Of a DNA stretch of 64,000 nucleotides, positions 11,846 through 24,975 are shown in pieces. The DNA is from Felis catus (Eukaryota), in contig NC_058368.1 in assembly GCF_018350175.1 (NCBI RefSeq), forward strand, positions 101,806,001-101,870,000, written 5' to 3'. Below the pieces are notes generated by a model that made no database searches, had not been told where the DNA came from, and saw nothing but the letters and a program-made list of their open reading frames with translations. Every line of letters begins with the position of its first letter. The first letter of the stretch is position 1. The translations under genes and the position numbers were made by a program.

Positions 11846-14800
11846 AAAATCCCGTTCTGGGCAAGTTTGCCAGAGGACGGCTGATTTGTAACCAAGCCAC
11901 AGAAACATTTCCTCGCAGCACTGAGTATGGACACATTTGGCCTCTGAGCCTGAGCCCAAGACAGCCAAGTCACCAGTGTTCTGTGTCACCATTCTTACAC
12001 CAGAGCCAATACGTAACGAGGTCTGACATTTCTGCATTCACAACTTGCTCGTTAATACATCCAAACTGTTTCCTGCTCCCTCCACTATGGTAACAAAATG
12101 TCAATAAATATGGTTTCTTTTTAGTCCTTGCTTTCAACTTTCCTAGCAGAGGGAACAGCAAAGTCCTTCCAGTTGGCATGGTGATGAAGACACTGTGACA
12201 GATTCAATTACCAAAAAAAAAAAAAAAAAAGACGTTTTAAAAATCATTAACGTGTGCCAAGCGTCTAATTCGTGTTTGTAGTTAAAAATAAAGAAAAGCA
12301 TATCCCAATTTTCTCACTGCTAAGGAATCACCCCTTTTGGCAGAGGAGGGGAGACCCTGGCATATATACAGACTGGCTATATGATCGCCTACCTGAATGG
12401 GTACATGATGAGTTAAGCTGAGAAATACTGATGTTTAAATGCATTGGAACAGTTCTGATCTGGAATAGTAATGATCACCCCAGGAGCAGAATATGAATAT
12501 TTAATGGACGCTGTGCCTCATGAGTTATGCTGAGGCACCAACTAGAACAAGTCAAGTTCATTTGGGATAGTCTTTGAACCCAAGGAGTAAGAGATGGGCA
12601 GAGAGGACAGTCTGAAGGTCAAGAAGTTTGCATTTATCTTGGTAAAGCAGGACAGAAATCCAAATTTAAGCCCACTGCTAAACAGTGAGCTTTCCTTCAG
12701 AGTAATGTTCTGGAGTGTAGGGGAAGGGAGTGCCAGCAAAGGGGCTATTTAGGCAATTGGGTATGCACAGCAGCAGCTCCTCTCTCTTGCCTATGGGAGC
12801 CAAAATCTCTTTAATTGGGACAAAGTCTTCAATTCTTTGATAAAAGATAAAGTGGAAAATGTAAGTGAGGCTCGAGAGGAAAGAGAATTAAATTCATGTT
12901 GAAGTAGATAGAAAAGACCTGCTATCTGAGCTTTGTTATGTGGTGGAGAGAAAGCTCCAAGGAGGAGTTCCTTAAATCTAGGTCCTTGCAGATGCTGAGG
13001 ATATCTTTATGGACCTTCCAAAGGTTTTGCAAACCCTGGTTCAAGGCCAAGGGCGCCCGGTTGCAAGGAGGAGGGAGGACTAGGAGAAGGCAGTTAGAAG
13101 CACCTGAGATAGCCAAAGAGTTTCTCAAATGTTTCTACCCAAGTCCTTGTGAGCAGAGAGGAGAGAGAAGGGGCGTGTACCCATGGGAACTGCAGGGGGT
13201 AGAGGGGAGGTTAGCCTCAAGAGACCAGTTAAAAGCTCACAGTTTTTTTCAGATGTGGTGATTTATCTTTAAAAAAATCACGAGTAACTTATTTTCAATT
13301 CCAGGATCTGCTCATGTTTGCTTTGATATAAAAATGATTGAAAATGACAAACAGGCTAATCTGAGCTTCAGTAAGAGGTGCGTGTTTACTGTGTGACCAC
13401 ATATGGCTCCGTGCCCATGGGCAGGGTCCAAGTTGAGGAACATGGACCTCGGGCCAGCTCCTGACAAAATCGTTACAAAATGAGTTGCTCGAAGCCCCGT
13501 TCTAACTGGTGTCTCCTTATTCAGTCCTAACTCCAAATTAACTAACAACAGGCAAGGCGATCTAAGAGGAGTGTCACCCTTCTTCTGGTGCTTCTACACT
13601 GCCTTTAAAGAATTAACAGAAAGGAAAACTTGGTGACTTCCATCTTTGTCCCTACCTTAACTCGCACCTTAACTACCTGTGTCCCTACCTGCTTTAGCAT
13701 CTCCCCTGGGATGATTTTCCCCCCTTCTGCTATGTAAAATAGAGTTACTAACAAATCACTAGCGAGAAATCCAAATTGATTGCAAATTGCAAATGCAAAT
13801 TTACCCAGATTCACCGAAATTATCTTTCTCTTCTCACCCTTGTGGAAATAAGAGATTTTAATTAAGTGGCAGCAGAGGCATAAGGCAAAGCCTTACAAGT
13901 TAAGTACTGAGGAAAAGCCTTAACCGTTTGTATGTCTGTTCAATGGGCCATTTTCCTGCTGGGTTTTACGATGTCGTCCCTTAGCACAGGGACACTCTCA
14001 GGCCTATGTGACAGACCCCTGCTTGCAGGGGCTTGGCAGCACTTTTCCAACAATGCAACAAATCATTCCCCTTTACAAATGAAAACAAAACCTAAGCAAA
14101 CAAAACAAGTCAGGGGAAACATCAGCCTTCTATTTGTATCATTTCATTAATGTTTGTTAAAAAGGTTTTAATGAAGCAGCTAATATTTAATGTTTACATT
14201 TGGGTGTTAATGGAAACCACTTCTTCTTTTCCGTAATTAATTTCTTCAGTTACAAAACAGGCAGAATAATACTTTTGGTCTTAGTCATAATCTTTTGTCC
14301 ACCATAAAGTCAGGGAAGAACAACAGCCTTGAACGTCACACATTTGTGTATTATCTTCATATACCACCTGTGCCTATTTTTAATTGTATACCTTGAATGT
14401 ATTTTTGTTTTCTTGAGCTTTTCCCAACCAAGAATATCTAAGAAATTACAGTTCTGATATGACAGAAACACACTGAGATGTGTTTCTAAGTATGTTTTAA
14501 AAAGCACACAACTATTAAAGTACAAGAAACCCCCCAAACATACATAAAACAGCTATGAACAGATTACATCATGTCCTACCATGGCCAGTAAGGAATTAGA
14601 CACAGAGGGAGGAGGTGGGTTCAATGGCCTATATTCTGTAGGTTGTAGTAACTCCTAAGGATGAAGCTGGGCATGGAGTAGCAAGGAAGAAGATCTGGGG
14701 CCCTGGGCAGACCAGGAGGAGTGGGAACTGGTCCTTCTTTAGAAATTCCTGGGGGAGGCTGAGCACCAAAGCAAGTGCGCTACTGAATCCATACGTATGA

Positions 14801-14909
14801 AGACCTGTCACTGAAGCACTGTGGTCCAACATTCCTACTATTTGTCCTGGATCACCGCTGTTGCAGAGATAATCAATTACTTATGGAGGATGAAGCAGAC
14901 ACAGCCTGC

Positions 14910-15514
14910 TGAAGAGTAGCAGGATATGCCACTTTGATGTAAGGATTTGAGGACGTTTCCCCAAAATATGCCACTTTGACATGAGGATCATTTTGAGCTG
15001 CAGGCAACTGAGAAGAAGCAGATAAAAGAAGAGGTTTCTGCCCTCCCCTTATTTATATAAAATCATGACATAAACTTGTAAAGATGTCTCCTGCACTCCC
15101 TTCTTTACCAGCAATGACAGAAGTTAGTTACTGGAGACAACTCTAGACCTCTATCAACCCAGAGATAGCACCCAAGATATCTATGTAAAAAAATCTTGCT
15201 AAAACCCTCATCTATCATTACTTTCCCCCATGTTTACCTTCCTACAATCTGCTCCCCCTACAAGCTCAAAGTCCTTTTCCTTTGTATTGGTATTTCTCTA
15301 CACATCTTGTTTCGGTGTTGTTTTGTTAAGACGCTATATAAGCTGAAGTTCTAACCACTCCTTTGAGTTACTACTCATCACTGGGTACTCCCAGGTGTAT
15401 ATGTGATACACATACTAATCAACTTCTATTTGTTTGTCTCCTGTTGTCTTTTGTCAGTCTAATTTTCAGAGAACTTGAGATGGGTAGAGGAAAATACTTT
15501 TTTCCTCCTCTATA
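14910..15514 (+). mobile_element. ERV1 solo LTR, MER34-like
   Basis: TGAAG...CCCCAAAATATGCCACTTTG...ATTTTGAGCTG 5' signature; TATATAA at 15335; ends ...TTTTCCTCCTCTATA; 4-bp flanks CTGC/CTAC. Confidence 0.85.
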
Positions 15515-16159
15515 CTACCCGTTAGTTTCCTTTGCATTTGTGAGTAACTGTAGTTTTTTTTCTGGCAGTGATAATTTTAACAGAACGAGATTTGCTGATT
15601 AAAAAAAAATGAATGTCTCTTTTTTCTTTTGGGACAAATCCATACTGAAAGCTAAATAAGGGATTGCTGCTTTTGTGCCTGTAGTCCATGAGCAAGACCA
15701 AAGAGATGGGTGTTTTCTTGGGAGATGTATAGATTTTGCAAAAGTTCTCAGCTGAGCCTAATATTATCTTGAAAAGACATGAACAATTGGCCCAAGAGTG
15801 GCAGAGAAGATTGCATGCTGCCATGGCACTGATTTTAGGTGGGGGAGCACATGCCAATCATATCCAGGGTGACCCTTGAAGGGCCTGGGAAATGGGCTGC
15901 TCTAGACCAACAACTCACTCAGGATCATCTTTATTTTCAGCCACACTCCCTGTAAGTATTGCTTGGGAAAATTAAAGAAAATATATGAGAGTGTGGGACG
16001 AAGGAATAGGTCATGTTAGTACTGTTGTTAGATATTCAGCAAGTCACTCAGTAGACCAAAGTTATATGACAATTTGCATCGAGTATTATCTAAGGGCTAC
16101 CACAGTGCCCCAGGACACTTTTCTACTCCTGACGGTTATGACAATAGTGACCACTATAC

Positions 16160-16400
16160 TGTGCTTACCATATAAGGGTCACTCTTCCAAGTTCTTTACC
16201 TATATTAATTTATATTAGTAATTTATTTACTCCCCACCATAAATTATCTTTCATATACATATTATCCCCATATCACAGATGAAGAAACTAAGTCTTGAGT
16301 GGTTGACCGGCCTACATCATGTAGCTAGAGTGAAGCAGAGCTTTGAGAATCCTAGCAGCTGGGTTTCAGGGTCTGTGCTCAGAAATACTATGCTATTCTG
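16160..16400 (-). mobile_element. MIR SINE
   Basis: Core ATTATCCCCATATCACAGATGAAGAAACTAAG. Confidence 0.8.
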
Positions 16401-16554
16401 CTTTGCTGACTAAATACAGGATAGATAGATGGATGAATAGGAGAGGGTAAGCGGTGGCTTATGTGACTTAGTGAGTACGATGTGTCCGATCCTATATGGG
16501 GCCAGAACCTTAGTGGCTCTGACTCCTCTGTCTGTAACAGAAAGGTTATTGTTT

Positions 16555-16776
16555 GGGGTGCCCGGGTGGCTCAGTCAGTTAAGTGTCTGACTTGATTTCA
16601 GCTCAGGTCATGATCTCATGGTTTGTGAGTCTGAGCCCTGCTTTGGGCTCTGCACTGATGGTACACAGCCTGCTTGGGATTCTCTCTCTCTCCCTCCATC
16701 ACTGCCCCTCCCCTGCTCACACTTTATTTCTCTCTCTCAAAATAAATGAAATAGACATTAAAAAAATTAACAAAAA
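16555..16776 (+). mobile_element. Older Can-SINE (CTGCTTGGGATTC type)
   Basis: Typical head and tail; degenerate TSD AGAAAGGTTATTGTTT / AGAAAGATCATGGTTT. Confidence 0.93.
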
Positions 16777-17089
16777 AGAAAGATCATGGTTTTCCTTTCC
16801 CGTCAAATACACAACTAAAATAAATGAATGGAAGGTCACTCAAGATTCCCTATGGAGTGTTTGGGGAAAATGTTATCAGGTCTATTTAAACAACAACAAA
16901 CCCTGGGTAAATAAATGCTGTTTCCTAACATTAATGTTTGTCTTTAAGGCATTAGTGACAAATCAGAGAATTCAGGATCATGTGTTGTTTGCTTCCAAAG
17001 AGAAGACAGGATATAAATTATTTGAGTCTTCATCTGTTTTCCTTACAATAACCCCTGATGGAAACCCATTCAGAATGATCAAGCTCCTC

Positions 17090-17293
17090 GGGGCGCCTGG
17101 GTGGCGCAGTCGGTTAAGCGTCCGACTTCAGCCAGGTCACGATCTCGTGGTCCGTGAGTTCGAGCCCCGCGTCAGGCTCTGGGCTGATGGCTCGGAGCCT
17201 GGAGCCTGTTTCCGATTCTGTGTCTCCCTCTCTCTCTGCCCCTCCCCCGTTCATGCTCTGTCTCTCTCTGTCCCAAAAAAAAAAAAAAATTTT
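17090..17293 (+). mobile_element. Young Can-SINE (SINEC_Fc-like)
   Basis: Perfect TSD AGAATGATCAAGCTCCT (17072-17088 / 17294-17310); CpGs intact. Confidence 0.97.
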
Positions 17294-17529
17294 AGAATGA
17301 TCAAGCTCCTTGAAATACGGTTATGTGTACATCAACTTTAATATTATAATTAGGTTGGAGTTATTTTGAATTTCAGAAACACCTGTCACAATGGCATCAT
17401 CAAATTAAGGCTCTGGGCCAGTATTTGGATATGAAAAAGCTAAAAGTGTTAACAGGGGCTCATCATTCTCCTTTTAATGGCACTCAGGATCCATTATTGA
17501 AATATATTGCATAGGGTGTTACTCAGGGG

Positions 17530-17735
17530 CTAGGCTATAGAGTTCTGGAATCATACAGCCTAAGTTGGAAATCCACTTGTAGGCTCTGTGACCCAAGGCT
17601 AATTATTAAACCTCCCTGTGACTCTGACTCTGCTTGTGTAAACTGCTCTAATATTGCCCCAAGATCAGGAGGTGGTCTGTGTCTTTAGATCTTAGCACAG
17701 TGCCACGTACATTGCAAATACTCAAGGAGTGTTAG
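17530..17735 (+). mobile_element. MIR SINE relic
   Basis: CTGGAATCATACAGCCT...CTGTGACCCAAGGC...CTTAGCACAGTGCC. Confidence 0.65.
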
Positions 17736-18605
17736 GTAAATGAATAAACACGTGTGCAATTTTCATATAGGCTATAACAAATAAAAATTTCATTCAATAA
17801 AAATATTTATATTAGAAAAAGGTCTGGCACTGGGTCTTTCACAGAATGTGCACTCACCAGGTGTTAAATGCGTATCTTAATTATCCAATTGATGGCCTCC
17901 TGGCGCATGCTCTTTCTGACAGGCTATATGTAAAATAATCCCCCCTGAGGCATTCCAATGAATAAAGCAGGCAGATAATCTGAGTATGTCTCCTCTACAG
18001 TAAGCACAATCGTGGCTGGAAACTAGCCTTTCAGCGACGTAACATCATTTTTTGTCTTCGCGGTTTCGCTCCTGCACTTATCTCATAACTTTGAAGTAGA
18101 TTAATCCATTAGAAGGTGTACTCCTAGTGTTTAGTAATTGCCAGTAAAGTCTAATCAGATAGCAACTGCTAGGGAAGAGCCTTCAAGAAATACTAGAAGA
18201 TAATTAAAACATAAAGGTTATGCAAAAGTAGCAAATCAATAGAGACAGTAAACACGCTTTATCAACAGTCCTGAGAACATTTTTTTCAATTCTAAAATGT
18301 AAATGGACTTGGGGGTAGAACACACGGCTAGGATGACAGATAGGATCCCGGTAACGGTTTAATTAACTCCAGTTTCCTGCATGTTAAAGGTTGCCTCAGC
18401 CCACTGGCTCATGTAACAAACCCTCTTAGGATTTTGTTAGCTGGCGTCTGATACGAAGACCAGGCAGCCTTTCTTTCTTACAGGGTTACGTTTTGCCCTC
18501 CTCCTCAAGAGGCCTTATCAAAACACAGCCCTCTGTTTTCTCTATAAATACACAGATATTTTTAATTTCAGCTAAAATGGTCTGACTTTGTAATCAAGGT
18601 AAAGG

Positions 18606-18607
<2 letters not shown>

Positions 18608-18655
<48 letters not shown>
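18608..18655. repeat. (AC)24 microsatellite
   Basis: Direct read. Confidence 0.97.
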
Positions 18656-18658
<3 letters not shown>

Positions 18659-20372
18659 CTAAGTAATGAGAAGGCTTCGCTGGGAAGAATTGCGTAATTA
18701 AAATTATATATTAAAATTCACATGTAGTGTGGGTAGGATTTTAGAACGGCCATGGCAGCTCTCCAGATGATTCATTTGCTGTTTTTAATTCTTCTATAAT
18801 GTAGGCTATTTTATAATTAGCTGCAGAATTGTGTCACTCGCTTAGTTCAACCCGATTTTAGAGGTAATACACAATGTTTACTATTAATGGATATTGAAAC
18901 TACTACTCTGAGCATCTCCAGTAAAGAACAGTTATTTACTGTTCTCAGCGAGCCATTTTACATTCTACTGGAATATGCCCAGTGGTTTCTGTTTTCTTTG
19001 ATTATCATGAATTAGTTAAAACTACAGGACAAGATGAGAGTAAACTTCATTTAAAGAATTGCAACATTTAAAAAAAAAAATCGCTGCGAGGCCCAGGAAT
19101 TAGTTAAAAGACAAATCCTTTTTCTAGCCCAGTAGAATTAGGTTTCACACAATTAACTTTATCATTAGTAAATAAAGGAGTCACTTAACCTCTGCCCTTG
19201 CAGAAAGAAGTTCTTGATATTTTGCTTGGTAAAGGCCAAGAAACCTATTATGGCTTATTTATTCATGTTGTTAAAAGGTTCTTCTTGAAGATTGCGATAT
19301 AGAAGCACATAATATGTAATCTTTGTTAATAAAGATCTATTTACTCCATTTGAAGAAGCTGGTTATTATATGATGCTCATCGAGGGCCAGGAACAAGAGA
19401 CTTTTTTCTGTCGTTCCCATGGGGAAGATTATCAAGCTGTCGGTAAAGGACTCATTTTCTTTAAATTAGAAATCACCGAGGTATCCCGTGTGGAGGATAT
19501 TAAAAGCAAGGGTAGTCATGCCATCTTATTGCAAGATGAGCCAGACGTAACTACATCACTAAGGTTTTGAAATGAAATGTCCAAAACGCCAACTACCTGT
19601 GATTTAAAAAATTTCTCTTCTAACACTGAGGGTTTTCATTCCGAAGCAGAAATCTAAGCTTGTCCTTTTAAACAATGATTTAGAGGAAGAAATTTAACAC
19701 CCCCTGCTTGCAACATCTATTTTTCAGTAAATCTATACTTTCTCTGCCCTCCGCCATGTTATCAGTCATCCACATCCCAGAGGAAATGCTTCAGGCTTGG
19801 GGTTAAATTAAGGTCCTATCTCTAGTGATTGTCTAGAAAGCTGTCTACCTTCTCAAACAAACTTATCTGCATTATATACAGCCATAAATGCTTCCTGCCA
19901 AGCGGAAACACTTTTTCTCCATTGATGTCAGTGGTGAGATTACTATTTGCCACTTGAAAATTAAAAGAAAAGCCACAATTACATTTCATTATAACTTGTA
20001 AATAGGGTGAACTCAATCAATCTAATTCTGTGATGCTGCAATCAACATGGGATACTGTTGTCCCATACTCACTTAAAAAAAAAACAGGTCTAATGAGATG
20101 CATTGGTTTCATATTTCTCAAAATAATATTCCATAAGTTATATTACTTCTTACCACCCTTCTTTTAACATTTCAGTGGGATCTGTTCTGCTCATTTGAGT
20201 TAAGCATAGTATCTGACCAGACCCTTGCCTTATAATTTCTTGCCTACCAGGTAAAAACATAGAAAAATGTATGTAATACAAATTAGTTTTACTTAACAGA
20301 AAAAGTGTCTCAGACATCAGGGTTAGTCCAGGTCAAAGGAAACTAAACTTTCTGATAAAAATATTAAACATG

Positions 20373-20373
<1 letters not shown>

Positions 20374-20419
<46 letters not shown>
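20374..20419. repeat. (CA)23 microsatellite
   Basis: Direct read. Confidence 0.97.
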
Positions 20420-20420
<1 letters not shown>

Positions 20421-20751
20421 TCTTTTTTTCTTCCCCACTTAAACCAAACTCATTTCAGTGCTCTTTGTACACAAATACTGTAAAATATATTGGGTTTTAT
20501 CACCTTTAGTCGGAGACAATTAGCAAGCCACTACGATTAAGGGCTAAACAAAGCCCAGTTCACAAAATAAGAGTGGCTCCACAAAAATTTGCCATAAAAT
20601 CTCTGTGAGCAGTAGAGGTAGGTATCATAAAGAATACCTAAGCAGGAAAAGAGTAACTTATTCTACACCTCACTAGCAAACCACCGTGCAAGTGGAGGAG
20701 GGAAAGAGGAAGGGATACTTCACATAGTATGTGTTGCCATCAAATTCGTGA

Positions 20752-22260
20752 ACTCATTTATTCAGTAAATACACAATGGGTACCTACTAGGCACAGTTTT
20801 AGGCCCTGGGGATTTGGGAGTTAACAGATAACGTCCACATACTCATGGAGATTATATTCTAGTGGGAGAGGAAAATAAACAAACACACAAACACACACAC
20901 ACACACACACACACACAACAAAGGTTACTGCTACCAAGGAAAGTGGGGGTGGGGGAGGACACATTTAAGGGGCTCAGGAAAAGTCTCACAAGAAGGTGTC
21001 ATTTAGGCAGCTATCTGGATGGAGTAAGGGAGTCGGCCATGTATATAAATAGGGGGAGAACACTGCAAACAGAGAAAACAACAATCACAAAGGCCCTGAG
21101 GTACTCAGAAGAGCAGGGAAGGTAGTATGGCTGGGCTAGAGGAAAAGTGGTAGGAGATGACAGCAGAAAGGTGGTGGGAGGCTCTACGATGACCTGTGAG
21201 TAAGCCTGGAGGCCACCGTGAGTAATCTGAGTGCTATGAAAGGGCATATGGTGGTCTGACATGACAAAGCATGACTATGCTGTTGCAGAACAGACTAAGG
21301 GGATGGAGTAAAGGCAGGAAGACCAGTCAGGGGACTACAATCATCTAAAGAAGAAATTATTATGGCTTAGACCACAGTGTTGGCAACAGAGAAGGTGACA
21401 ACCACTCAGTTTTTAGATACATTATGAAAGAGCGTCAAGAATTTACTGTAAGATGGGATGCAGGGTTGAGATAAGGATGACCATGAGGCTTCTGGCTGGT
21501 AAAATTGGAAAAATACAACTGCAATTTACAGAGACTGGGGTGACTTCGGGGAGCAAGAAGTAGGGATGGGAAGTGGCGGGTGTAAAAGCTTGCTAATGGA
21601 CTCAAGTTCAAAATGCCTATTAGACTTCCAATTGGAGATGTCAACAAGAGAATTCAATACATGAACTTGGAATGAAGGGAAGAGGTCCAGGCTGGAGACA
21701 CAAATTTAAGGTCGTTCGAATATAGATGACACTTAAATCCATGACATTGGATGAGCTCACCTGAAAAGTAGGTGGAGACAGTGGAGAATTCTGGTTGCCA
21801 GGCTTGGAAAACTCAGAGGTTTAGAAGGCTGAGAGGTGGGGGAGGACGAGCAAAACCACCCAAGAAAGGTAGCTGGTAAGCTAGGGAGGATAATTAAGCA
21901 AGAGATTTATTCCAGAAGTCGACTGGAAATGCTTCAAGGAAGGTGTAATGCATTATGTCAATGTTGCTGATAAAGAAAGGGAGAGAACAGAAAAATGGCT
22001 ATTGGGTTAGACTATGAAGGTCAATGGCGATCTCAGCTAGAGCACCATCGGTGGAGTGAGGAGGACAAGACGGAAGGAAGGAAAGGAGCTAGTCTTGTAG
22101 GAGTTTTACAGTCAAGAGAAGTAGAAAAATGGAGCAGTACCTAGAGAGGGGTCTGGGTAGGGTTATTTTTAAGGTGGGAGGTATTACAGTACATTTGGAT
22201 ACTGATGAAAATGATCTAGAAAAAAGGTAAGCCTTCATGACACAGGAGAGAGAGGAAATA
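20752..22260 (-). mobile_element. LINE-2 (L2a-like) 3' portion
   Basis: Reverse L2 tail ACTCATTTATTCAGTAAATA, CTCATGGAGATTATATTCTAGTGGG, CAAAGGCCCTGAGG, GGAGATGTCAA...AGGTCCAGGCTGGAGA. Confidence 0.85.
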
Positions 22261-23879
22261 ACGGTCCACATGTGTATTGGGTAAACACCACTACCTATTA
22301 ATAAATTCCACTTTACAGACTTCAAATTCCCCGTGGTCTTACAAGTTCACTTAAGTTTACATAAAGGGAAACGGGTTAGGAGTAGGACTGATGGCATCAA
22401 AGCTTCTAACTAGTTGACACTTATACTTGTGTGTTTTCACAAATCGAAACGCACATTCAAAACTAGGGGTGATAGTCACTTTGTAAAGCAGAACCACAAT
22501 CCAAAGCTCAGTTCTCCTACTCTCTGCCGAGAAAAGTCATGTTCAAATAAAAATCAGATGGGGTGCGGTGAGGGGGGGGTGGTCTTACAACAAACACAGG
22601 TGAACAAAAGGTAAACATACATTTGTCTCATGTAGTATTGGTTCAGATTCAATTCAGAACCCGAAGATGGGAAGAAAACCATTCTGCCATGGCACGACTG
22701 TAGCTGAAGTTTTGTTTCACGGTATCTTGGTGAGACTGACACAGCCAGTGTTGTATTGTCCCATCACGAATGCCACAAGCTAAATCCCTCTCTGTGCCTC
22801 CTGCTTCCACCTCTAAATATCTAACCCATACAATAGCTATGTCTCTTTCATGTGTCATGAAGGTTTTCCGTTTCTGTGACCATCTCTTGAGGGCATGTGC
22901 TATCATCCAGTAGCCCTAATGTTTGAGCCACACTGAGATTATTTACGCTTTGAAGATTCTTTTATAGTTTTTGTAATTGGATTTTTAAAAATTCACCTAG
23001 ACAATAGATTGGAGAGCAAGAACAATTCCCTGTAGTTCTGCACCGTGATGAGAACTAGGACTTCATTCTATTAAGCATAGACTTTCGAAATGTGCTACAC
23101 AGGCTCTTTCATATTGCTTAGAAAATAGATATGCGTGGGTAACCTCAACGGAAAGGTATTTACTGTAAGGATACACAGGAAAGTAAGGAAGAAATAATTT
23201 CAACTGTTATATATCCCGACGTCATCAGAAAGCAATGCCGTTCAAGAAATAGGACAATTGTTTAAAATACCTTATGTCCCCAGTGAACATATTTGTTTAC
23301 TTGTTGTCCTGATATTTGGGTGACATTATCCCTGTCTTTGAGTCATTACCAACAAAAGCCACTCTGTACTCCTCTTCACTTTGAAGCTGGTGCTTATGCA
23401 TGGTTTTCCAGCCTGGGAGATCGCTTATTTTTGATTCTATGTATTTTGGCCCCTAACTTCTCTAACAACTACCCGCCTTCCTCCAGACAAAGGCTAAGAC
23501 TGATGTTATCATTTTCCTAGGTTTCCATCAACATCATAAGCTGCTGCTTCTTTGTGGACTCATTCCCAGATTCACTGTCTTCACGGTCATTCCATGTTTT
23601 GGTTTCGTGAATGTCACTCCTTGCCTCCCTTCTCATTTCCTGCTCTGTTGTCCTCCAGGTGATGTCATTCAACCATGCTCTTGCCTTTGACTAATGTCCA
23701 CACCCATGTAATTTCAACTGCTTAGCTGCTTCTCTCCTCCACATATCAGCTCAAGTGTTGCTTGAGTCACACTGGACCCATCCTCCCTCTCACTAAGACT
23801 CCGTGCTCCTTATAATCGGTTGTGACAAGGACACATTTTGACATATTAGTAATACACTTTCCTATTTCTCTGGCTAAAC

Positions 23880-23985
23880 TTTAAGACTCATGAGGGTGGA
23901 GCCTTTGTCTGCCTGGATTAAGTACTGTGCTACCAATTCCCCATGGAGCATCTGGCACTTAGTAGGAGCTCAAAAATTAATGAAA
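23880..23985 (+). mobile_element. L2 3' end fragment
   Basis: CATGAGGGTGGAGCCTTTGTCTG...CTGGCACTTAGTAGGAGCTCAAAAA. Confidence 0.6.
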
Positions 23986-24808
23986 GATCAAGTAAGACAA
24001 CCTCTAATTCAGATTTCTCCCCATGAACAGAGTTCTTGTGCTAAACAATGTCACATGGCCCGCCCCCATGTCTGATATATTAGTGATCTGACAAGTGGAG
24101 TCACATTGAACAAAAAATGAAGTACTCTTCTCCATCTGTTTACTTTGGAAGGAAATCTGGGGAGTGGCAGACCTGCAGACTAATTTCTAATACTTTATTT
24201 CACCTCAATAACACCTTATTAATGATGTCAAGTTCTTCCCTATAGAATTGAGTTAGCAGTTAAGAGTACAATATAGATGCATCATTGTGACTCCCATTAA
24301 CTTATCCCTTGGAGATTAATGCAGGTCAAGGACTCACTACATTTTCTAAATATTTATTGACAGGATATACCAGGATAAATGTTATGGGAAAAACACACAA
24401 AATTGAATATTATTTTTGTTGTGCTTTGATTTTCAAAATTTGGAGTTGCTGAGACAAAGAGGGATTTTCTTCGCTTCGCTTAAAGATACTAGACTGGAGG
24501 AGGAATGTCATTTATCTAAGATTTAATGACCTTTTTTTCTTAGAGCTGCAAATAGTCTGTCCCCACACTATCCTTTTTATCAAGATAATGACTTAAAAGT
24601 TTTTATTACTTTTGTTTTTAACTCTATCAGCACTTGTAAATTAATTAGAATAAAAACTGCTAAATAAGTTACTAGCTATAACTCATCCATAATTGATAAT
24701 GAGAAACAACACTTTCTCTTGCACTGGTATGCTCTGTTATTAACTTAACTTTCATTTCTCTGGTCACTTTTTCCCCTATAAACTCTGTGGAGTCCCTTAA
24801 ATATACTG

Positions 24809-24812
<4 letters not shown>

Positions 24813-24852
<40 letters not shown>
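24813..24852. repeat. (AC)20 microsatellite
   Basis: Direct read. Confidence 0.97.
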
Positions 24853-24855
<3 letters not shown>

Positions 24856-24950
24856 TAAACAGCTGAAGTCCAAATGCAACTAATTCTATCAATTTTATAG
24901 AAGTGAATGTTACTATAAAGAAAAGATTATGGACATAACCAAGGCAATAT

Positions 24951-24975
24951 ATACTGTACTTGGCAGGGGTGATAC
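24951..24975 (+). pseudogene. Possible 3'-truncated U1 snRNA retrocopy (first ~24 nt)
   Basis: ATACTgTACtTGGCAGGGGtGATAC vs U1 5' end ATACTTACCTGGCAGGGGAGATAC: 22/24 identities with one inserted base, starting at U1 nt 1; no convincing TSD. Confidence 0.45.

Noticed and set aside
11455..12037. 172- and 160-aa minus-strand ORFs
   Set aside because: Largely antisense translations of the SINE at 11629-11845; the same peptides recur at other SINE copies.
16583..17341. Longest ORF (252 aa)
   Set aside because: Starts and ends inside two Can-SINEs (SAQVMISW..., GAPGWRSRLSVRLQ...) and begins at a non-ATG codon; chance read-through.
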